Program-made: the position numbers and the translations under genes
From: an uncultured virus (IMG/VR IMGVR_UViG_3300029825_000005)
Taxonomy: Duplodnaviria > Heunggongvirae > Uroviricota > Caudoviricetes
IMG/VR virus record: IMGVR_UViG_3300029825_000005
Span: 46,747 to 66,746 of that record
Length of the DNA: 20,000 nucleotides
Reading direction: 5' to 3' (one strand)
Shown: one piece after another, positions 1 to 8,583 of the stretch
Position numbering within the stretch: position 1 is the stretch's first letter
How the letters are laid out: each line of letters opens with the position of its first letter
Notes under the pieces: generated by a model
Database searches by the model: none
Told to the model about the DNA's origin: nothing
The model's input: only the letters and a program-made list of their open reading frames with translations

Positions 1-3000
1 ATTCAGCGACAAATTTCCGTAGAAGGTCCAAGCCCTGCACTAATTGACAACCTCACAGATGCTATGAGGATGCAGGCTACATTTCAAAGGTCGATAGGCA
101 ATCCTATTGTTGACATATCCCCTTATCCAGTGCAAATGCTGTTTGATTACGTGATTGGCAGAAAGAACCAGAACTTGCGGTCTACCGCTCCTTTCTTCCG
201 TTCTGTTGCAGAATATAAAATGCTGAAAGACACGGGGCTGTTAGCGCCTGCTGCTTCAACGTTTGAGTTCAAGGCTGGCGATACAGACCTGGGGATGGTT
301 TATTTTGGCACAGACAACTCTATCACATGGAAGAAGCCTGACGGCTCTGTAGAGTATATGTACGCCAGCACTGCTAATGCCGCTGGCTTCAAGTTTGAAA
401 TGGAAGAAGGTAAACCTGTTCTTTACGTGAATGGGCAGCGTGCTTCTACGATTGGTGGAGAAAATATTTATACCCCGCCAGAAGGAACTACTGTTGTAGA
501 CGTAGACCCAAACGCCCCACGCCCTGCTGCGGATGTGGATTTTGTGGAACAAACTACGACAGTCACCGCAGACGTGGAACTGCCAGACGGCACAAGAGCG
601 GAGAGTGTTGACATTGACCCAGCCAACCAAACTTTTGAGGCGCATGGACAGGATGGGATTACATACATTGCCAGAGTAGAAGATAACGTTGTTATTGACA
701 CATTAAACAGCGAAGGTGTTTCTATCCACGACCCTAACAGAGTGATAACGATAAATCCAGTACAAGTGCGTGTGAACGGAATGACACCAACAGAGGTAGC
801 AAGGGCGGTTGATACTGTGGCTATTTTAGGCAGGGAATATATAACGCCAGCTCAGATAGACCCGAAGCTCACGCCGAGACCATTGCTCGACAAGTCTGCA
901 AGCCCAGCCCAGAAAGTAAAATATTTCTTTAATGGTCTAAACAAGCTGACCAGGCAATCTCAAGTATTAAAAGTGCAAAGCAACCTTCACGACATTGTTA
1001 GAAATACCGCTTATATACAAGGGGGTAGTTTTACTCAAATGGTAAGGCTGTTGAAATCAATATTTAGCGGAGATATGGAGAGCCTTGATACAGCTGCTCG
1101 CAAGCTTGCCAACTCTACGGCTGTTGTGACAAGCGCTTCTATCTACAAGGAAGCAATCAATGATTCAGGCGTAGACACGATGGTTAACCTGTGGAATACC
1201 CCAGAGAACCAGCAGAGAATATCTGCCATTGGTAAGCTCTCTGAATCCATTAATGTAACACCGGAAGAATTTGTTAAAATGGAAGCAGCGGAGATTGTGC
1301 CTTTGGTGCGAGCCGCTCTCCAGCAAAGCCAAGATGCCAATATGCTGGCATTGGCTGAGACTGTTACAGAAGACAGTATCACACTGTTGGTGAAGCCTTA
1401 TATCGGCAAAGACCCGCTGCCAGTCACTGACAACGCTATGAAATTGAAGTGGCTCAATGCTTTAGACCTTCAGGTAGAAAAAATAGCCACAGAAGTCTAT
1501 CAGGTACAACCGCTTAACACTGCTCAAAAGCTGTTGAACATTGATAAACAAATACTTAGCTATGGTGTGTTCCTGTTGGGTTATCTTAGAACCAACGTAC
1601 TTTCTAACGCTGGTGGTACTGCTGGTCTTGCAAGTGTTCCTGTCTATCGTAGTAAGAAGGGCGTAGACCATTTGTGGGAGCGGTTAGGGATGAGTCCACC
1701 GAGCGAAGGTGCTACGGCTTACAGACAGATTACTCACGGCGCTTTGTTCGATGCGCTATGGGGCGGTGAAAACTCTAAAGGCGTGCTAAAGAAAATATCC
1801 CAGGGGCTAAGCCAAATTAGCAGGTATCAGCCGTTCATGGCTTTATCAGGGTATATGGAGACTAAAGCACACCAGGGGGCAGACGCTTCTTTTGTTGAGC
1901 AGGCGATGGCTTACTTCACGCTTCCAGAGCCACGACCAGAGATAAAACAGAACATTATCAATGCGATTGGGGAGAAGGGTTACAGAGACTGGAGAGCTGC
2001 TGTCAATAAAGCTTATAACGCTGGCGAGATGAATGATGCTTATAAAGTAAAGAACAATCTTATTGCTAAGTATGCTTCAATTGAGAACACTGTTTTGGAC
2101 GCTTTATATGAAGATGCCCCAGATTTAGGCACGGAACTGATTACAAAGTACGGATTAGAAAAGCCGCTGAAAGACATTGTAGAGAACGCACGTACACCAG
2201 AGGATGTAGATGCTCAGATTGATGCGCTCAACAAATATATCAAAGAACAGCCTGCTGTTAGAGCTGCTATTGAAACGCAATCTAAGTTATTTGAAGGTGC
2301 TGAAAAGATTAGACAGGAAGGGCTGGTTGGTCTTGCTGACATCATGTTCCAAATGGTAGACCAAAGCTTAGAAACTTGGTCTAAATCGCAGGACTTCTGG
2401 GAAGAAGCCTGGAATCGTGCCAGTAAAGCTAAAGATAAAGCGACATATCACGCCATTATAAGGCAAGCAAAAAGAGACAATATCGCTGCGTGGGAAACGT
2501 CCAATGGGAACTCGCTGAACATGCTGAAAGGCGCATTTAGCGTAATGGATGCAACAGACCCTAAACAGCAGCCGTTGTTTATTGTGTCTAAAGAGCTGTT
2601 CGATATGCGTGAGGAGTGGTCTGTTTGGCTTCAAGACACTTGGAATACTTTTTTCTATGGGGATTCTCTTTATGACTTCGACCAGATATTAGAGATTATA
2701 AGTGTAAAGTCTGAAGGCTATCGGCAAAGAGAAATAGAAATTATGAACTCTATGGCTGAAAACCTTTCTTCTATATTTGCAGAGAGCAACGCTAAGACTA
2801 TCGCTGGGGTAGATGTAAAAGACACGGCTGGTGCGGTAGTAGACCTTATGAGCTTCTATTACAACGGAGACAAAAAGACCAAAGGCTACTTGCAGTTGGC
2901 TCAAGAAACAACTGATATGTATGAGTCCGTGAGGGGGCTGGATTACAACAAAGCAAGGTCTATCAAAAACAAATACTTCAAGAAGCTTGCAATCAATATT

Positions 3001-6000
3001 GATAAGCTGCACACTGAGCTGACTACCAGGGCGTACAACACCTGGCATAGAAATCACCCTGAGATGGTGAGCGCAAAGAAGCCACAAAAGACAGTAACAA
3101 GAGAAGAGAAGGAAGCGGATAAATTCAGAAAGTTATACCAGGCGCAGCAGGCTAACAACGATGTTCAGAGACGAGCAGCTAAGTCTGAATTAGACGCACA
3201 AACAGTAAGCAAAGGCACGGTTACGAGGTCTGCCCTGCGTGACTTCCTTGCCAGTACAGAAACAGACGTAGATATTTCTATGGCTTTAGTGGACAGTGTG
3301 GCTGAAGCTTGGGCGCACAATAACGGCAAAAAGCCTGAGGAGTGGTACTCCAACATTGGGGAGCTTGCGTTTGTAGATGCAGAATCCTTTAGCGTAAGTG
3401 TAAGAGACAAGGTAGTAGAAACGCTTGGAATGACCACCTTTGACGCTGTAGGTAAGGCTACTTTGACTTTTGCTAAAGGCGCTAACCTTACCACGCTCAC
3501 CCACGAATTAGGGCACTTGATTGAAGCTACATTAGCAGACAACGACCTTACCGTAATGGTAGAGAATTTTGGCGCAGGTATCACGCTTGAGCAGTATAAG
3601 GCTGCAAGGTTGAAAGCAAGGCATGGGCTGGAACTGACCGATGCGGAAGACAAGATGTTCAGGGATGTTGCAGAAGGAACGGCTGAAGGATTCCAGAAGT
3701 GGTTGATGGATGACAGTATCAGAGCGGAAACACCTGCCAGGCTCGCAAAGTTATTCAAAAGCATAGCAGACTGGCTACACAAACTTATCAGCAAGCTTTC
3801 AGAACGTATTAGTTCTATGGACTTCCCGCAGGAACTAAAAGATTTATATGAGAGAGTAGCAAGGGTAGTAGACACGGCTGAAGCAGAGACCACAAACGCA
3901 AACCTAATGTCTACACTACCGACTGGCGTACAACACAGTCTGATAGACGCAGACAATGTAAGCTACCCTGTCACTGCCAGGCTCATAGACCTGCGGAATG
4001 TTATCAACTCTCACAATACGGATGGTACAAAGAACACCATATTCCCTGTAGAGCGCCAGCCACGTACTTATAACCAGCTGTTTGTACAGAAGATAGCGAG
4101 AGAGCTAAATCCCATCAAGCTGCTGGAGAAAAACTCTGGGTTTGCCATAGGTCCTATTATTCTCAATGAGAACGGACAGGTCATGGTAGGCAACCATAGG
4201 GCAGGCGCTATGCGGTTAGCAGTAATGGATTACCCTGACCGCTGGAAGGCTTACCAGGAAGAACTCGTAAAGAGACTGCCAGAGTATGGCTTGAGTGAAA
4301 CTGATTTAGAGGGCATAGACCAACCCGTTCTTGTGTACACAGCCAGAAGCGCTGATATTGATGCCGTTGTAAATGCTGGCAATATTCAAGAGCAGCAAGT
4401 CTTTATGATGTTTGATAACGCTAAGCGCTGGTCAACGTCGTTTCATCAGGACAGCTTAGCTAAGCTTGTCGTCGGAGATAACCAAACGTTCACAGACGCT
4501 ATTAGAAGTGCCGCAAACAAAGACATAGTTTTCGACTTTATGGCTGGTCTTTCTGAATCAGAGAAAACCTCATTTGTTGGTAAAAACGGTTACTTGACAG
4601 ATACTGGCGTGAGTGCCATAAAAAGGTCGCTTTCCTACCTGGCTATTGGCGGTAATGAAGCTGGCGATAGTTTCCTCAAAGCCGCATTTGAAGACGCTGG
4701 GAGTTTGAGCGCCAATGTAATGAACGCATTGTTAGAATCCACCCCAGCGATTGTGAAGCTAAAGGCTTCTATTGAGAGTGGTGCTCTTACGCCAGATTAT
4801 GCCATTTCTGACATTCTGGCTAAAGGCATAAGTGATTACATGTCGTTTATGAATCTGCCACCCAAAGACAGGATATTAGACCAAACAACTATTTTTGATA
4901 CAGACACAGTGGCTGGATTAGATAAGGATCTTATTCGGTTCTTTATGAATTACAGTTCGTCACCAAAGGCAATCAAAGCGATAATAACAGAATATGTAGA
5001 TGGGGCTGTAGCTTCTGCAACCGCACCTGGGCAAGATGCTCTATTTGAAATGCCTAAGCCGTCTGCTGATTTGTTTATGGATGTTATAAGGAAAGCTAAC
5101 GGACAACAGCTTGATGTTATAAAAGAAGTTACAGACTTGAAACACAGACGGTTGGTGTCTGAGATGAGCGAGTCTCCAGCCAGAAACTGGGAAGAGGAAA
5201 TGCGAGCGCCTATTATCAAGTCTCTTAGGGAAATGCTAAAGGACATTACCCCCACGCCGTCTGATATGCCTGACTGGATTCGAGTGCCAGGTCTTATGAG
5301 CGAAGACGTAAAGACCTCTTATAGAAATGCCCGCAAGGTTATCAAAAGCGTTATTGACGAATTAGACCAGGGCAATGTGCTTTATCCTGAGCAAAGAGCT
5401 TTGGTTCTTCAGCAGGCTTTCACCAGAAGCTTGGCTTCTGATGACGCTTTTAGAAAGTACGCTGGGCTTGAGGGAGATAACTTCGCTCTTGGCGCTCAGG
5501 CTAACAAATTATTACAGGACATAAATCAGACGACAGACGACTCTGGAGAAATAAAGAGAGTGGGTGATGAAGCGATGAAGCTGCTTGCAAGCGGTGGTCC
5601 TGAGGATGTGTTGAATGAAGTTATCAAGAAAGCCACAGAGAAAACAACCGTTATCAGCGAGCAGGATGCTTTTGAAGAACTTGGAGCTGACCCTAAGAGA
5701 GAGGTTGGCATAGAGAGAGGACAAAGGGTGATAGACCAACCAGTCAGAGGTACTTCAATGGGCAGGACTGCACCTGGCGTGAGACCTGACGGAGAGATGT
5801 TCTCTGAACTCTCACAGGAGATTGACGCATTGCTCAACACTTTTAGAGAAGAATTGAAAAAAGACTTGGGCAACGAGTATGAATTTCCTGAGGAGATAAA
5901 GGACTTGCTTGACAAGCAGCTTCCGCTTGACCAGGAGAAATTGAAAGAGAAGGTTATGGCTTCTGCACAACTCGCTCAGCAGCTGAGACACGAAACACTT

Positions 6001-7776
6001 GTGAATTACTCTGAGCGATACGGTGCTGACCAGGTATTGGAAGTTCTGTTCCCTTACCAGTTGTGGTACACAAGGTCAGCGTTAGCTTGGCTAAAGAAGA
6101 TTGTCACGACTCCTGCGATGATGGCGTTTATTGAGAGATACAAAGAGCTGCTCAAAAGGAACTCTTTGTCTGGCTTCCCGACACGTGTTGGTGGTAAACA
6201 CATGATACCTTACGGCGATGAGGGCTTTATGTTTATGAACTGGCTCGACATCTTGTACCCACCAGAACAGATATTTGGCGTAGTAGACAACTTTGCTGAC
6301 TTGAACGATGAGCTTTATGATGATACTGTTCGTATTATTAGAGCTAAAATCCTCTCTGGAGAAATCAGTGCAGCGGAAGCTGAGGAATCCATTAAGAACA
6401 GAAACGATGATACTTGGAATAGTGCTATGGCTGAAGCTACTATCAACTGGCACGAAGAATCAGGCGATGCGGTTACTATGACTTCGTTGGCTATGCTGCC
6501 ACGAGCAAGTTTCAGTGCTGCTTATTATGGGCTTATTGGTCAGAAAGAGAAAATCAATCAGTTGGCTATGACTAAGCTTGGCAACATGCTCAAAGGCGTA
6601 GACCCCGATGGGTTTGTTGGTCTACTTGGAGAGATTGTTGCTCTACCTGAGAACACAGCGCGTAAGGCTGTTGGACTTAGCAGAGAAGGGCAGTGGGGTG
6701 AGATGTACGTAGACAAGAAGCTGACAGAGCTTGCTATGTCTGGTGCATATTCACCTGACGAGGTGGTGATGGCTATGCTTGAAAGAAAGGGCGAAGCTTA
6801 TGATACAGCTGCACGATTGTCTCAAGTTGACCTGATAGCTACTTCTCAGCCTGGCGGCATTGTTTACCATGCAATAGAGACGCGAAATCTTGACGGTATT
6901 ATGCCTGCCATTATGACGGCGCTGTTCCCTAAAGGTTTGTACTCAATGGAAGAAATGAAATACAGAGGGCTGCAAGCTGAATACAATCAAGCCTGGGACG
7001 ACTTCTCTCACGGAGACGCTAAGGCTCTTGACAAATTCTTTGAAGCTCATCCAGAATATGAAGCAAGGTTGCCACTCTATAAAGAGCCTGAGGAACGGCT
7101 GAGAGAATATGCGATTACTGCTATCTGGGATGCTTACGGAGCTCTTAGTTCTGCTGATAAATCTCTTGTTACAGACCAGCTCGGTAAGACGTTTGAAACG
7201 CTGTTCCTTGACAATAAGACCAGAAACTACGATGAGATTACTATTGACACGCTTGTTCTTTGGGGCAAACAGCTTGGCGCTGGTGTGCCAGAAAGCGCTT
7301 TAGCTGGGCAGCAGGTAGAGCCGCTGGAGTATTACAGAGAAGATGTAAGCGCAGCCGTACAGCAATTTACTGATTACAGAAAGGCTAACTTCCCTAACTG
7401 GTACACGTTGCAGCAGGCTTACTTTGACCCTGCTATGGAAGACGAAGATAAAAAAGCACAATTCAAAAAGGACTTCCCAGAGTTCCAGGAGTACATGGAC
7501 TGGAAGGCTGATTATGTGGAGAAGAATCCTCTCGTGGCTCAATACCTTGAGGAGAAATCTAACAGCTACGATGGCAGTGAGTTAACAGAGTTTGGTGTTA
7601 CTACTAACGAATGGATGGCTCAATTTGACCCTGCTGTTGGTGCAGCCCTTATTATGTACGCATACGGAGAACCCCTGCCACCTGCAGCTAAGTCTGAGCT
7701 TGTAAAGGTGTGGGAAGCGCTCGGAGAGCCTAACTATACATTTGACTTGTGGTTGAAATATGGTATTGGACGCTAA
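1..7776 (+). CDS. Giant polyvalent protein, probable internal virion/DNA-ejection protein with zincin-like metallopeptidase and DdrB-like ParB domains (5'-truncated)
   Basis: The frame is open from base 1 (IQRQISVEGPSPALIDNLTDAM...), so the true start probably lies upstream of the track's ATG at 64. HELGH at nt 3502-3516 is followed by AEGTAEGFQKWL...LAKLFKSIADWL. A DdrB-ParB-like block spans ~3960-5100 (INSH-x-DG...FP...QPR...IA.ELNP.KL...PII...GNHR...Y...L...PVLV). The rest is mostly helical-looking and acidic. Confidence 0.8.
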   Translation: MQRQISVEGPSPALIDNLTDAMRMQATFQRSIGNPIVDISPYPVQMLFDYVIGRKNQNLRSTAPFFRSVAEYKMLKDTGLLAPAASTFEFKAGDTDLGMVYFGTDNSITWKKPDGSVEYMYASTANAAGFKFEMEEGKPVLYVNGQRASTIGGENIYTPPEGTTVVDVDPNAPRPAADVDFVEQTTTVTADVELPDGTRAESVDIDPANQTFEAHGQDGITYIARVEDNVVIDTLNSEGVSIHDPNRVITINPVQVRVNGMTPTEVARAVDTVAILGREYITPAQIDPKLTPRPLLDKSASPAQKVKYFFNGLNKLTRQSQVLKVQSNLHDIVRNTAYIQGGSFTQMVRLLKSIFSGDMESLDTAARKLANSTAVVTSASIYKEAINDSGVDTMVNLWNTPENQQRISAIGKLSESINVTPEEFVKMEAAEIVPLVRAALQQSQDANMLALAETVTEDSITLLVKPYIGKDPLPVTDNAMKLKWLNALDLQVEKIATEVYQVQPLNTAQKLLNIDKQILSYGVFLLGYLRTNVLSNAGGTAGLASVPVYRSKKGVDHLWERLGMSPPSEGATAYRQITHGALFDALWGGENSKGVLKKISQGLSQISRYQPFMALSGYMETKAHQGADASFVEQAMAYFTLPEPRPEIKQNIINAIGEKGYRDWRAAVNKAYNAGEMNDAYKVKNNLIAKYASIENTVLDALYEDAPDLGTELITKYGLEKPLKDIVENARTPEDVDAQIDALNKYIKEQPAVRAAIETQSKLFEGAEKIRQEGLVGLADIMFQMVDQSLETWSKSQDFWEEAWNRASKAKDKATYHAIIRQAKRDNIAAWETSNGNSLNMLKGAFSVMDATDPKQQPLFIVSKELFDMREEWSVWLQDTWNTFFYGDSLYDFDQILEIISVKSEGYRQREIEIMNSMAENLSSIFAESNAKTIAGVDVKDTAGAVVDLMSFYYNGDKKTKGYLQLAQETTDMYESVRGLDYNKARSIKNKYFKKLAINIDKLHTELTTRAYNTWHRNHPEMVSAKKPQKTVTREEKEADKFRKLYQAQQANNDVQRRAAKSELDAQTVSKGTVTRSALRDFLASTETDVDISMALVDSVAEAWAHNNGKKPEEWYSNIGELAFVDAESFSVSVRDKVVETLGMTTFDAVGKATLTFAKGANLTTLTHELGHLIEATLADNDLTVMVENFGAGITLEQYKAARLKARHGLELTDAEDKMFRDVAEGTAEGFQKWLMDDSIRAETPARLAKLFKSIADWLHKLISKLSERISSMDFPQELKDLYERVARVVDTAEAETTNANLMSTLPTGVQHSLIDADNVSYPVTARLIDLRNVINSHNTDGTKNTIFPVERQPRTYNQLFVQKIARELNPIKLLEKNSGFAIGPIILNENGQVMVGNHRAGAMRLAVMDYPDRWKAYQEELVKRLPEYGLSETDLEGIDQPVLVYTARSADIDAVVNAGNIQEQQVFMMFDNAKRWSTSFHQDSLAKLVVGDNQTFTDAIRSAANKDIVFDFMAGLSESEKTSFVGKNGYLTDTGVSAIKRSLSYLAIGGNEAGDSFLKAAFEDAGSLSANVMNALLESTPAIVKLKASIESGALTPDYAISDILAKGISDYMSFMNLPPKDRILDQTTIFDTDTVAGLDKDLIRFFMNYSSSPKAIKAIITEYVDGAVASATAPGQDALFEMPKPSADLFMDVIRKANGQQLDVIKEVTDLKHRRLVSEMSESPARNWEEEMRAPIIKSLREMLKDITPTPSDMPDWIRVPGLMSEDVKTSYRNARKVIKSVIDELDQGNVLYPEQRALVLQQAFTRSLASDDAFRKYAGLEGDNFALGAQANKLLQDINQTTDDSGEIKRVGDEAMKLLASGGPEDVLNEVIKKATEKTTVISEQDAFEELGADPKREVGIERGQRVIDQPVRGTSMGRTAPGVRPDGEMFSELSQEIDALLNTFREELKKDLGNEYEFPEEIKDLLDKQLPLDQEKLKEKVMASAQLAQQLRHETLVNYSERYGADQVLEVLFPYQLWYTRSALAWLKKIVTTPAMMAFIERYKELLKRNSLSGFPTRVGGKHMIPYGDEGFMFMNWLDILYPPEQIFGVVDNFADLNDELYDDTVRIIRAKILSGEISAAEAEESIKNRNDDTWNSAMAEATINWHEESGDAVTMTSLAMLPRASFSAAYYGLIGQKEKINQLAMTKLGNMLKGVDPDGFVGLLGEIVALPENTARKAVGLSREGQWGEMYVDKKLTELAMSGAYSPDEVVMAMLERKGEAYDTAARLSQVDLIATSQPGGIVYHAIETRNLDGIMPAIMTALFPKGLYSMEEMKYRGLQAEYNQAWDDFSHGDAKALDKFFEAHPEYEARLPLYKEPEERLREYAITAIWDAYGALSSADKSLVTDQLGKTFETLFLDNKTRNYDEITIDTLVLWGKQLGAGVPESALAGQQVEPLEYYREDVSAAVQQFTDYRKANFPNWYTLQQAYFDPAMEDEDKKAQFKKDFPEFQEYMDWKADYVEKNPLVAQYLEEKSNSYDGSELTEFGVTTNEWMAQFDPAVGAALIMYAYGEPLPPAAKSELVKVWEALGEPNYTFDLWLKYGIGR

Positions 7777-7794
7777 TTAATATTAGTGTATAAT
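7766..7794 (+). promoter_or_regulatory. Putative sigma70-type promoter for scaffold/capsid genes
   Basis: Perfect TATAAT at 7789-7794, with TTGGAC (17-nt spacer) or TGGACG (16-nt spacer) as a weak -35, in an AT-rich gap. Followed by RBS AAGGAG at 7802-7807. Confidence 0.45.
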
Positions 7795-7815
7795 AACTGC
7801 TAAGGAGAAAATGAA

Positions 7816-8559
7816 ATGACAAAAGACGTTTATAACCAGGGCGGTGGAGAGGGTTTGGGTAAACCTGCTTCATCGTCAACCACTTCCCCAGAAGCATCTG
7901 CACCCACAGGTGGCGAAGGTAAGGAGTCTATTGGGAATGAGCCAATCACAAGAGAGTACCTTGAAAAGTTTGGCGAGGAGATATTGAGCAAAGCAGTAAG
8001 CAAAGCGCAATCTCTGACAGACAAGATGGGCAGTGCTCTCGACCAGAAGGTTAAGGAAGCTCACAGTAAAGCCGAGGAAGCTATCAAGCTTATCGAATCA
8101 GGTGGTGTAAACATGACTGAAGAACAGAAACAAGCCATTAGGCAGACTGCGGTCAATGAAGCCATCAGCCGACCTGCGGAAGCGCCCGAAAGCCCGAAGG
8201 GTATTGAAACTCCAAGTTTTGTTGATGCCGAAGTAAAAAGGATTATGGCAGAATCTGGAATCTATGTATCGCCAGAAGAAGCAGAAAATCTTATCGGCAC
8301 AGGTTTGTCTCCGTTTGTTTATGTTGAAAAATTTAAGCAATTAGTTGAGACAAAGAAACGCAACCCCTCTGTAAGACTCGGAACTCTTGCGCCAGGTGGA
8401 GATGCTGTTGATGATGTCACAGCGCTTCGTAGTAAGTACCAAGACGAGATGGAACAAATCCGTTTGGGCAAACACCCTACGATTCGGCGTGGCAATATCG
8501 CACAAATCACCGACCTAAAGAAAGAGTATATCAAGAAGGGATTAACCAACATTTGGTAA
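7816..8559 (+). CDS. Probable capsid scaffolding protein
   Basis: Strong RBS (AAGGAG, 8 nt before ATG). 247 aa with a G/S/P/E-rich disordered N-terminus and K/E/A-rich helical segments. Lies immediately upstream of the major capsid gene. The function call rests on position and composition. Confidence 0.65.
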   Translation: MTKDVYNQGGGEGLGKPASSSTTSPEASAPTGGEGKESIGNEPITREYLEKFGEEILSKAVSKAQSLTDKMGSALDQKVKEAHSKAEEAIKLIESGGVNMTEEQKQAIRQTAVNEAISRPAEAPESPKGIETPSFVDAEVKRIMAESGIYVSPEEAENLIGTGLSPFVYVEKFKQLVETKKRNPSVRLGTLAPGGDAVDDVTALRSKYQDEMEQIRLGKHPTIRRGNIAQITDLKKEYIKKGLTNIW

Positions 8560-8583
8560 TGATAATCTTTGGAGGATTAACAC

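Noticed and set aside
64..66. ATG at 64 as the start of the giant gene
   Set aside because: No RBS precedes it and the frame is open to base 1, so the gene most likely starts upstream of the window.
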